Source: Calditrichota bacterium
Lineage (GTDB): Bacteria; Calditrichota; Calditrichia; RBG-13-44-9
Direction: 5' to 3'
DNA: 45,988 nucleotides
Assembly: GCA_016934605.1 (NCBI GenBank)
Contig: JAFGSO010000075.1
Location: forward strand, 1 to 45,988
The position numbers were made by a program, and so were the translations under genes. The notes under the pieces were generated by a model that had not been told where the DNA came from, made no database searches, and was given only the letters and a program-made list of their open reading frames with translations. Positions within the stretch are counted from its first letter, which is position 1. Each line of letters starts with the position of its first letter. Shown piece after piece: positions 37,711 through 45,816 of this stretch.

Positions 37711-37773
37711 GGGATAAGGGATAAGGGATAAGGGTAAAGGAAAATGGATAAGGGTAAAGGAAAATGGATTCGG
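37711..37773 (+). repeat. Heptanucleotide tract (GGGATAA x3, GGGTAAA, GGAAAAT, GGATAAG ...), including a 20-bp internal duplication and a G-quadruplex-type motif
   Basis: Nine consecutive 7-bp units start 6 nt after the TGA at 37703-37705. GGG-ATAA-GGG-ATAA-GGG-ATAA-GGG lies at 37711-37734. GGGTAAAGGAAAATGGATAA (37732-37751) is repeated at 37752-37771 with two mismatches, both at its 3' end. Confidence 0.9.
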
Positions 37774-37813
37774 GAACCGGACGTTAGTTTACATTCGGCA
37801 AAAAAGAAAGAAA

Positions 37814-37862
37814 ATAAGATACAAGAAAACAAGAAAGTGATACAAAGTACAAAATACAAAAT
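37814..37862. repeat. A-rich heptanucleotide tract (ACAAGAA AACAAGA AAGTGAT ACAAAGT ACAAAAT ACAAAAT)
   Basis: 7-bp periodicity read directly. It shares GATACAAGAAA and AAGAAAGAAAA words with the 43.78-43.85 kb spacer. Confidence 0.7.
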
Positions 37863-37889
37863 ATTATGATATTCCGTCCACCTAAAATC

Positions 37890-37904
37890 TGTCCCGTAGG
37901 GACA
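37890..37904. terminator. Short bidirectional stem-loop between convergent GHL10 paralogue 3 and nanE
   Basis: TGTCCC-gta-GGGACA is flanked by T-rich sequence on both strands (ATTAATTTTA on plus, GATTTTAGG on minus). It lies 25 nt after the nanE stop. The stem is only 6 bp. Confidence 0.35.
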
Positions 37905-37928
37905 ATTAATTTTAGCCAGTGACATTTG

Positions 37929-38681
37929 TCACTTGAACCCTTGGAATCCTGAATCCCTTTTTCGCCAGGTAGCGAGGGCTTCAGTAAAACGTGCAGTAAT
38001 CAGGTGAGGACGGGTGATGGCACTGCCGACGACCACGGCAAAGGCACCACATCGAAATGCAGTGACAGCATCCTCCGGGGACCAGATACGTCCCTCGGCG
38101 ATAACCGGAAATTCGTTACCCAGCTCTCTCCTGAGCTCAGAAATCAGAGCGAAGTCGGGGACATAATTCGAAGCGGTATGTCGTGAGTATGAAGTATATC
38201 CGCTGAGCGTAGTACCTATCATATTAAAACCCATAGCTGCAGCCTGAACACCTTCTTCCAGCGTGGATACATCCGCCATCAGCAACAAAGCGGGATCATT
38301 CTTCAGTTCATGGACAATATCTTCCAGTTTTTCGGACAAAGGCCGGGGTCGTTGAGTTGCATCCAGTGCCAAAACTGGTACTCCCGTTCTTTTCACAGTG
38401 AGCGCCTCGGCAAGAGTGGGAGTGATTATGACTTCGGATGAGGCATATATTCTTTTATAAATCCCGATAACCGGTACCGGTACGGCATCCTGGACAGCCC
38501 TGATACTTTCAGGACCACTGGTTCTGATGGCTACAGCTCCTCCCTGGACTACTGCCCTGGCCATAGCGGCCAGTATATCAGGTTTTCCAAGAGGTTCGTT
38601 TTCCTCTGCCTGAACGGAGACGATTATTCCACCCTGCAGACGCTCAAGGATTTCTTTTTTACTCAGATCGCCGATTTTCAT
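37929..38681 (-). CDS. nanE: N-acetylmannosamine-6-phosphate 2-epimerase
   Basis: 250-aa ORF with blocks matching NanE throughout: GGIIVSVQA, AAMARAVVQGGAVAIR, PVIGIYKR, DATQRPRP, IGTTLSGYT, VIAEGR, VGSAITRP. Confidence 0.85.
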   Translation of the reverse strand: MKIGDLSKKEILERLQGGIIVSVQAEENEPLGKPDILAAMARAVVQGGAVAIRTSGPESIRAVQDAVPVPVIGIYKRIYASSEVIITPTLAEALTVKRTGVPVLALDATQRPRPLSEKLEDIVHELKNDPALLLMADVSTLEEGVQAAAMGFNMIGTTLSGYTSYSRHTASNYVPDFALISELRRELGNEFPVIAEGRIWSPEDAVTAFRCGAFAVVVGSAITRPHLITARFTEALATWRKRDSGFQGFK

Positions 38682-38699
38682 ACCAATACTGGTTTTTTC

Positions 38700-41114
38700 C
38701 TACCCTAATATAACTTTGATGATAACTATTTCTTTCCCCTTAATTATCTTCTGAATGAGCGGATTTTCCGGATCGATGACGTTTCCGGAAATTTCCTTTC
38801 CTTCTATCTCCAGTTTCCGGATACCACGATTTACTCCCGATGGATTTTCCACATTTATCTGATAGTATCTTCCCCTGAATTTTCTCCTGATCCGAAAGTT
38901 TTTCCAATCGTGGGGAATGCAGGGATCAATTATCAGTCCTTTATATTCCGGCCTTACGCCCAGAATGTAGTCAATCCCATCACGCAGCATCCAGGTGGAA
39001 GAACCCGTAAGCCAGGAGTGGCTTGCCTGGCCGAAGGTTGGATGATCAGGACTGGTCACATACTCCGCGTAAACATAGGGTTCCACCTTATAACGGTCTA
39101 TATCGACCACCGGATTCATGGGGAAAGCCTTCCTGTAAATCTCAAAGGCACGGTCTCCTCTTCCCAGCAGGCATTCAGCCAGAACAGCCCAGCTGACTGT
39201 ATGATTGAAAATTGCTCCGTTCTCCTTCTTACCCGCCACGCAACGGGTAGCCAGACCAATGTTGGGATCGATACGGGTGTAGGGCGGATGCAGAATTTTG
39301 GGTCCTTTTGGAGTTTCCAGATATTTTTTTACTGCGTCCATACACTGAAATGCACGAGACTTATTCGCCACACCGCTTATCACTGCCCAGGTCTGCGTAT
39401 TCAAAAATATTTTCCCCTGTTCATTTTTCCGGGAACCAATGATATCACCCCGGTCATTAGTGCCGCGAATATACCATTCACCATCCCAGCACAGCTCATT
39501 GATAGCAAATTTAACCGTTTCATAGGCTCGTTGGTACCGTTTCCTGCCGGATTCATCACCGATAAAATTGCAGAGACCGATAGTTTCCTTCAGAATGAAA
39601 GCCAGAAACATAGACACCCAGATACTCTCTCCCCGTCCCTCCCGGCCAAGGTAATCCAGAGTGTCGTTCCAGTCACCCGGACCGAATTTAGCCAGCTTTC
39701 GATCTGTGAGATTATTCAGCGTATAATCGATGGCACGGTAGATATGCTCAAGAACCGTACCATTTCCTTCATCATAATAGGTAACCGTATGTTCAAGAAT
39801 TGCTCTTTCACCGGTTTCTTTTAAATAACTAATTACAGCTAAAGGTAGCCACAATGGGGTATCCGAATGACCGGTTTTTTCACCGCCGCCGGTCAGGGGA
39901 TAGTAGAGGTGAAATGTACTTCCATCTCTAAACTGGTATTTGCACATTTCCAGAATACGGTTTCTGGCCCAATCGGGACGGGGAATAACAGGCCCCAGCA
40001 GATCCTGGCAGGAATCCCGGTATCCCCGGCCGAAAAGCAGACCGCCATGATAATAGGAGGCGTCCCGCGAAAAACGGAAGGTCACTGATGTCTGATACTG
40101 ATTCCACACATTCAGCATGATATTCATATCAGGATCCGGTGTTTCTATATTTACAGCCGAAAGATAATCTTTCCACTCTTCTTTCAGCTGTCGCAATTCC
40201 ATTTCCACATTATTCTGTTGACGGTATTTTTCTGCCAATTTTATGGACGTTTTCAGATAGTCTTCAATCGGGACAACTCCCAGAAATACGCTAAACTCTT
40301 TTTCTTCGCCCGGTTCCAGAGTCACTTCCACCTGCAGTGCGCCCGCAGCATCACCGGCGGCGATCTCCAAATTCCGGCATCGACCTTCCTCAACCGCCAG
40401 TGGATTCGCTTCCGAACGCCATCGTCCAATAAACAGATCCTTACTTCCATCCCAGCCTTTAACAGGTAGTGAAGAACCGAAAAACACATATTTATCCCAG
40501 GATTCATTGGCCTGTTTCACGGTTGCGGTGTTGAATTTTACCCAGTAACGTTTCGTGGCAAAAAGGAGATGGGCATCCGGATGAAAATAGACCTGATTGA
40601 AATGCTGGTCGTTGGGCTGGTTGATCAAATCCACCAGCGCATGCCCCAGGCACAGTTCTACATATGCGAAGATATCCATCCATCGTTTTTCATTCCCTTC
40701 ATTTTTAAGTCTAATTTTCCAGACCTCCAGATCGTCAGAGGGGACAAAATAGGTAATTCCAGCGGAAATATTTTTATAACGGGATGAAATGCGGGTATAA
40801 TACAGACCATGACAGCATTGGTAATTTTCCAGTGGTGTTTCAGTAGGCTGCCAGGTTGGTGACCAGTATTCTCCGTTTTTCTGATCCCGCAGATAGAGAT
40901 AACGTCCCGGCCGGTCCCACGGCAGTGAATTATAACGCCAGCGGGTAATCCGGCTGTCCCTGGGGCTCATATAAAAACTGTATCCTCCACCGGTATGGCT
41001 TATCAGTCCGCTGTATCTTCCATTAGAGATATAATTCACCCAGGGTGCCGGGGTGTCCGGTCTGGTGATGATAAATTCCGTTCCGTCTTCACAGAAGGTC
41101 CCATATTTCTGCAC
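38700..41114 (-). CDS. GH94 disaccharide phosphorylase (cellobiose/N,N'-diacetylchitobiose phosphorylase family)
   Basis: 804-aa ORF with a GTG start after GGAAAGGAAAAGG. The N-terminus reads GTEFIITRPDTPAPWVNY...GGGYSF, and the catalytic-region block is GRGYRDSCQDLLG. Length is typical of the family. Substrate cannot be decided from sequence. Confidence 0.8.
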   Translation of the reverse strand: MQKYGTFCEDGTEFIITRPDTPAPWVNYISNGRYSGLISHTGGGYSFYMSPRDSRITRWRYNSLPWDRPGRYLYLRDQKNGEYWSPTWQPTETPLENYQCCHGLYYTRISSRYKNISAGITYFVPSDDLEVWKIRLKNEGNEKRWMDIFAYVELCLGHALVDLINQPNDQHFNQVYFHPDAHLLFATKRYWVKFNTATVKQANESWDKYVFFGSSLPVKGWDGSKDLFIGRWRSEANPLAVEEGRCRNLEIAAGDAAGALQVEVTLEPGEEKEFSVFLGVVPIEDYLKTSIKLAEKYRQQNNVEMELRQLKEEWKDYLSAVNIETPDPDMNIMLNVWNQYQTSVTFRFSRDASYYHGGLLFGRGYRDSCQDLLGPVIPRPDWARNRILEMCKYQFRDGSTFHLYYPLTGGGEKTGHSDTPLWLPLAVISYLKETGERAILEHTVTYYDEGNGTVLEHIYRAIDYTLNNLTDRKLAKFGPGDWNDTLDYLGREGRGESIWVSMFLAFILKETIGLCNFIGDESGRKRYQRAYETVKFAINELCWDGEWYIRGTNDRGDIIGSRKNEQGKIFLNTQTWAVISGVANKSRAFQCMDAVKKYLETPKGPKILHPPYTRIDPNIGLATRCVAGKKENGAIFNHTVSWAVLAECLLGRGDRAFEIYRKAFPMNPVVDIDRYKVEPYVYAEYVTSPDHPTFGQASHSWLTGSSTWMLRDGIDYILGVRPEYKGLIIDPCIPHDWKNFRIRRKFRGRYYQINVENPSGVNRGIRKLEIEGKEISGNVIDPENPLIQKIIKGKEIVIIKVILG

Positions 41115-41140
41115 GTGTCCTTTTCCTTTCCGTCTTGATT

Positions 41141-42547
41141 CTATTTCTTTCCTGTCATCAATTTCAAACCGGAGTGAAGTATTTTTTTCACCAGATTCCT
41201 GTCGGGAGCAGCTACGTAAATTCGTACCAGCGGTTCAGTTTGAGAAACCCTTATCAACATCCAGGTATTTTCTCCAAAATAGAGCTTCAGGCCGTCAATT
41301 AAATTAACCTTCGATACAGTTACACCGGCTATCTGATCCGGTGGATTTTTGCGAAGTTGCTGCAATCTGCGATGCAAATCTTCGATATCGTGATACCGAT
41401 CGATTCGTTCATAACTGAAAGGTCCATATTTTTCTCGGAGGTGTGCCACCAATTCACGAATATCGGTCTGTTGTTCTCCAAGGAGCTCCAGCAGCAGAAG
41501 AACGGATAATATTCCATCTCGTTCAGGGAGGTGACCTTTATATCCGAATCCACCGCTTTCCTCCCCACCTATCAGTACATCATCGCCGATCATTCTTTCG
41601 GTAACATTTTTAAAGCCAACCGGTACTTCCAACACTTCACATTTCAATTCCCGCGCAAGCATATCCACTGTTGTTGCCAGGGAAGTTGTCCGGACTACTT
41701 TTCCACTCAATTTTTTAGATTTTATCAGATGTTCCAGAAATAACGGCATCACATCATGAAGTTCAACGAATTCACCGCTGCCATCCACCGCCCCGAACCG
41801 GTCTGCATCACCGTCCAGGGCCAGTCCCAGAGACGCTTTTTTATTACGCACGGTCCTGGAAAGTACTTCCAGATTCTTCGGAATGGGCTCCGGTAGACGG
41901 TTTCCAAAGTATGGATCAGGATATGAAAAAATGCTCTCGAAATGCAATCCGGATGTCTGTAGTAATTTATCTATGAAACCACACCCGGCACCAGCCATGG
42001 GATCGACAATCAAGCCTTCCCTGAATTCCGCAAGAGATTCAAATTTTATAAACTTTTCTATCTGTTGCTGATATTCCGGGAAAAAATCGATGTGTTGTAT
42101 GTTGCGTTGAATCAGTTCAGGATGGGAAGCAGATTTATGGAATCCAAGCAATGATTCAATCTGAGAGGTTACATCGTTCATAACAGGACCACCATAGGGT
42201 CCTTTAAATTTAATACCGTTGTAAAAATAAGGATTATGACTTGCCGTTACCATAATTCCAGCTGATAATCCATAGTTTTTTACGGCAAAGGAAAGCACCG
42301 GAGTTGGTGTATAATTAGCAGAAAGAAGAACCGGAATATCATTACTGGCAACCACTTCGGCAAAGTGACGGGCAAAAGTGGAAGACAGAAAACGGGTATC
42401 GTAAGATACCGCAATGCCGGCAGATGTCTGATTTTTTGCGATTAAATATTCACTGACAGCCTGGGCAATCTGGCGGACATTGTCGAATGTAAACTGGTCT
42501 GCTAAAATGGCCCGCCAGCCATCCGTACCGAATCGAATCTCTTCCAT
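41141..42547 (-). CDS. Alpha-D-phosphohexomutase (phosphoglucomutase/phosphomannomutase family)
   Basis: 468-aa ORF. The active-site loop is VTASHNPYFYNGIKF, the metal loop ALDGDADRFGAVD and the sugar loop GGEESGGFGY. Confidence 0.85.
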   Translation of the reverse strand: MEEIRFGTDGWRAILADQFTFDNVRQIAQAVSEYLIAKNQTSAGIAVSYDTRFLSSTFARHFAEVVASNDIPVLLSANYTPTPVLSFAVKNYGLSAGIMVTASHNPYFYNGIKFKGPYGGPVMNDVTSQIESLLGFHKSASHPELIQRNIQHIDFFPEYQQQIEKFIKFESLAEFREGLIVDPMAGAGCGFIDKLLQTSGLHFESIFSYPDPYFGNRLPEPIPKNLEVLSRTVRNKKASLGLALDGDADRFGAVDGSGEFVELHDVMPLFLEHLIKSKKLSGKVVRTTSLATTVDMLARELKCEVLEVPVGFKNVTERMIGDDVLIGGEESGGFGYKGHLPERDGILSVLLLLELLGEQQTDIRELVAHLREKYGPFSYERIDRYHDIEDLHRRLQQLRKNPPDQIAGVTVSKVNLIDGLKLYFGENTWMLIRVSQTEPLVRIYVAAPDRNLVKKILHSGLKLMTGKK

Positions 42548-42678
42548 CTGTTATACCGAAACTGAAGACGAATTTCATTAATATGACCAATTTTAAATTT
42601 ATAAAAGCTGAGAGTCTTTTCATAGAACAAAAAAATTAGATAGTTAAGTAGCCTTACTAATGGGGGAAGAGGAATAGA

Positions 42679-42737
42679 GGTATGAAGGTATAGGGTATAC
42701 GGTATAGGGTATAGGGTATAGGGTATAAGGTATAGGG
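42679..42737. repeat. Heptanucleotide tract RGGTATA x8-9
   Basis: GGTATGA AGGTATA GGGTATA CGGTATA GGGTATA GGGTATA GGGTATA AGGTATA read directly. It lies 130-190 nt upstream (gene sense) of the phosphohexomutase start. Confidence 0.95.
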
Positions 42738-42857
42738 AAAAATGAAAGAGTGCATAAATAAAAAATGCGGAAGTCATCATATGTCAGATATCAATCATTA
42801 GAGTTCTCTGAAGACTGCTTTCTGATCGGCTGCATTCTATTAACTGCATTTCAGTCT

Positions 42858-43682
42858 TTATTTTTTGATCTTGTTCTGTCTTCGAGAATCGCAGGCGGAG
42901 CACTGATTTTTCGGACAGAGCAGTTCAAGCGGTCTTGAACGGAAAAAAGAAAGGCCGTGTTCCAGCAACAAACCAACATGAATAAAATACCCGAAGAGGC
43001 TATGGTAACGGAAAGGATGTATAATTTTCCGATTCAGCAAATAGTTTTCAAAATTCACAAAAGACTTGCTGCAACCGGGTACTTCATGGAGCTCCTGTTC
43101 ACCTTTGATGGAAACACCGGCCGGACGAATGCCCAGGTAAGCCCATGGAAAGGTATCGTGCCAGGGAACTGGGGCCATTGTTTCCAGATAATGACAGAAT
43201 GAAAGCGAAAGGAAATCCGTACCGAGCATCAAAATGAAAGCATCCTGCTGACGGCTCAGCCATTCCAGAACGCTTCCCTCTCCCAGCGGACTCTCAGGAG
43301 CATTATCTGGCTGTATTTCTCCTGACGCACGTCCCCACAGCGCAAACGAATGAGTGGCTGAGGCAGTCCGAATCACCTCCGGCATTTTTCTGAAAACCTC
43401 CGACACGGCGCCTACTTTACTCGGCGTTTCATCCGGATTATATATTTTTGATGGTTCATTGACCTTTGCGAAACAATAAGAAAATGTTGCCAGAATCACC
43501 GATCCTTCTGGCGTAATAATGTCCTGGATTATTCTGAGGAAATCCTCTATATTCAGTCCTGGAAATTCCCTCCGGATTTTTCTGTAAGCAGCATGAATCA
43601 TCACATGTTGATTTTGCTTCAGTCCAATATCTCGGAGAAATTTTTCCATCTCTGAAAATGTCATATTTTTTTTAGTTTTCAT
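42858..43682 (-). CDS. AAC(3)-family N-acetyltransferase-like protein
   Basis: 274-aa ORF. The layout resembles aminoglycoside 3-N-acetyltransferases (PF02522): LRDIGLKQNQHVMIHAAY, PEGSVILATFSY, GAVSEVFRKMPEVIRTASATHSFALWG. The substrate is unknown. Confidence 0.5.
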   Translation of the reverse strand: MKTKKNMTFSEMEKFLRDIGLKQNQHVMIHAAYRKIRREFPGLNIEDFLRIIQDIITPEGSVILATFSYCFAKVNEPSKIYNPDETPSKVGAVSEVFRKMPEVIRTASATHSFALWGRASGEIQPDNAPESPLGEGSVLEWLSRQQDAFILMLGTDFLSLSFCHYLETMAPVPWHDTFPWAYLGIRPAGVSIKGEQELHEVPGCSKSFVNFENYLLNRKIIHPFRYHSLFGYFIHVGLLLEHGLSFFRSRPLELLCPKNQCSACDSRRQNKIKK

Positions 43683-43702
43683 AAATCAATATCTGAAAAT
43701 TT

Positions 43703-43744
43703 AAAGCATAGAGCACAGAGCATAGAGCACAGAGCATAGAGAAA
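43703..43744. repeat. Heptanucleotide tract AGAGCAY x6
   Basis: AAAGCAT AGAGCAC AGAGCAT AGAGCAC AGAGCAT AGAGAAA read directly. AGAGCATAGAGA (43731-43742) recurs inverted at 34297-34308. Confidence 0.95.
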
Positions 43745-43810
43745 AAGACAGTAGCCAGAAGCCAGCCGGCAATTCAAGAAAGAAAACAAGATACAAATCT
43801 GACCGAAGGA

Positions 43811-43845
43811 CAGGATACAAGAAACAAGATACAAGATACAAGACA
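43811..43845. repeat. Heptanucleotide tract CAAGAYA x5
   Basis: CAGGATA CAAGAAA CAAGATA CAAGATA CAAGACA read directly. Confidence 0.9.
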
Positions 43846-43937
43846 TAGAAAGCAGCCCCGAAGCCAGAAAAATAAATTCCAAATCCTAAGCACTAAATTC
43901 CAATGAAATCTTAAATCACAAATGACAAATTTAAAAA

Positions 43938-43975
43938 CCAGTATCCAGTATCCAGCATCCCCTTAATCCTTCATC
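43938..43975. repeat. CCAGYAT x3 tract followed by the left copy of a 15-bp inverted repeat (CCTTAATCCTTCATC)
   Basis: CCAGTAT CCAGTAT CCAGCAT lies at 43938-43958. The segment 43961-43975 is the exact reverse complement of 45818-45832. Confidence 0.9.
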
Positions 43976-43976
43976 T

Positions 43977-44828
43977 TTAATCCTGTATTTCCACTTCATC
44001 CGAAAGATGTCGAAACCACAGGAAATAGAGACCTGTCGAGAGAAGAATCAATAAACCCAGCAGGGAAAAAAATACCTGCCAGTTCTTAAAAAGCACGACC
44101 ATCACCGTCAGAAACAGGGTCATCTGCCAGGGCACAGCCAGAAATGTCGCCCAGATATCACGCCGGTTTTCTTTCTTAATATTTCCTTTCGATGAAGAGG
44201 ACAAGGTTTTTCGTACCGGTCTCCAGAAACCAAACGGCCGGGTAGTCGTATAGAATTTTCGAAGAATAGTAAAATCCGGGGGTTGGGAGAAAATAGTTCC
44301 AAGCAGTGTCGCCGCAAGAGAGAGACTGCTCACCAGGAGAAAAGCCAGGTATTCAGCAAGTCCGGGCAGAAATATCCTTTGAACAATAGCACTGATCATT
44401 CCAACTGCAATACCGGCTGCAAAACCATATCCATTCATTCGCCACCAGTACCAGCGTAACAGCTGGGGAATCAGCATACCGGCACCAATACTCATGGTTA
44501 GCCAGCCCCATATCTCGTTAATACTCTGGATATTTAAGGTGAGCAGGAGACCGATGACCACGATTATCAGAGAAGACCAGCGGCTATGTCGCATTAATTG
44601 TCTGTCCGAAGCATCAGAATTGATAAATCCCTGATAAATATCTTTTACCCAGTAGGAAGCTCCGGCATTTACCAGTGAATCGAAGGTGGACATTCCAGCC
44701 GCCATCAAACCGGCAACCAGAAGTCCTTTAAGTCCGATGGGAAGAAGCTGATTAATGACTACAGGCAGAACTCTTTCAGGATCCCGCAGAATTTCCGGAT
44801 TGGTTTGTCCAAAAACGATTCCCATCAC
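43977..44828 (-). pseudogene. Sodium:solute symporter (SSS family), C-terminal part, downstream of an in-frame TGA
   Basis: 283-aa ORF in the same frame as 44874-45794. Reading through the TGA (44874-44876) gives a continuous ...ETGLLSLF*TFLLSFRWPFIASIAVMGIVFG... and a ~604-aa polytopic protein. Confidence 0.7.
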
Positions 44829-44873
44829 GGCAATGGAAGCAATAAACGGCCAGCGGAAAGAAAGCAGAAAAGT

Positions 44874-45794
44874 TCAAAACAGGGAGAGCAGACCGGTTTC
44901 ACGATCACTACGGGAAGCAAAAAAGCGTTGAATCATATATCCGCTCGTACCCGAGCTTCCTTCAATAATAGTCTTGATCATGAAAAAAATGACAGCAATG
45001 CCAAACATATTGTAGATAGAATAAACCGAGTTTTCCGGAAAACCCAGTTTCCAGACCGGTATAATTCCGGTCCACTGCTCCCGGGTGGTTTCAATGAGAG
45101 TATACCCACCGTCCTTCAGCGGTATGGACAGATGGAAAACTTCCGGTAGATCGAATCGTGCAAAACTGATAATACAGGTAATCACGATGGCCAGAAAGAT
45201 TAGTCCACCCTGGAAAAAATCAGTCCATACAACGCCATACAGTCCGCTGGTAATTGTATAAATAGTCGCCAGCACAATCATGAGGCTGGCAGCCCAGAAT
45301 TCTGGAGACAGACCCAAATAGTATTTGAATTGAAGAAATTCTCCAATAAATTTTCCTGCGCCGACAGAAAAATAGGTAATGATCCAGATGGTACTGATCA
45401 GGATCGCCAGAGCCGCAAAAAGCCTGGCCAACTTCCCATCCCGACCTTTTCCGAAGCGGAATTCCATCCATTCCGCCATGGTCATTACGCTGGCACGACG
45501 ATTCCATTTTCCCATAAAAATCATGAGAAATGCCATGATAAGTACCAAACCGCCGCGGATTTCGATGAAAAATCCCATCGTTCCGAAAGCATAAATCAGT
45601 GCGGTATTGATCATGGTCCCGCTGATATCCAGATTGGAGGACATTCCGGAAGCACCCAATACCCACCAGGGAAGCTGCCGGTCTCCCAGGAAATAGGAAT
45701 CGATTCCTGCCGATGCTTTCTTCCTGAAATAAATTCCAACACCCACCATGGCTGAGAGATAGAAAAATACAATGATATAATCCGGAAGTGACAT
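44874..45794 (-). pseudogene. Sodium:solute symporter (SSS family), N-terminal part, ending at an in-frame TGA
   Basis: 306-aa ORF. The N-terminus is typical of SSS carriers: DYIIVFFYLSAMVGVGIYFRKKASAGIDSYFLGDRQLPWWVLGASGMSS. Confidence 0.75.
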
Positions 45795-45816
45795 ACGGGC
45801 TCGGTATTATTGATTA

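Noticed and set aside
37608-37925. 105-aa ORF (-) across the convergent spacer, and the 194-aa ORF (-) at 33623-34207.
   Set aside because: Both run antisense through repeat tracts and through the 3' ends of well-supported genes. Their sequences are low-complexity (FLYPYPLSLIP..., [22 protein letters not shown]) with no family resemblance.
38910-39824. Long antisense ORFs inside strong genes: 304 aa in GH94, 256 aa at 16254-17024, 259 aa at 25495-26274, 220 aa at 23812-24474, 253 aa at 3959-4720, 199 aa at 35831-36430 and 198 aa at 29443-30039.
   Set aside because: Each lies opposite a CDS with clear family motifs, has no recognisable motifs of its own, and has the composition typical of shadow ORFs.
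42502-42780. 92-aa ORF (-) translating the GGTATAG tract as ...YTLYPIPYTLYL....
   Set aside because: The peptide is a direct read-out of the heptamer repeat. There is no ribosome-binding site or recognisable domain, and the ORF overlaps the phosphohexomutase start.
43679-43882. 67-aa Cys-rich hydrophobic ORF (-) upstream of the AAC(3)-like gene, considered as a small membrane peptide.
   Set aside because: It starts at a TTG with no Shine-Dalgarno sequence. Its sequence is generated by the AGAGCAY and CAAGAYA repeats, so the composition is an artefact of low-complexity DNA.
44874-44876. Possibility that TGA is a sense codon (genetic code 4/25, or selenocysteine), which would explain the in-frame TGA in the symporter.
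   Set aside because: TGA ends several well-supported genes at the expected protein C-termini (21674, 28345, 35787, 37929). No SECIS-like hairpin is evident, and a transmembrane segment is an implausible place for selenocysteine.
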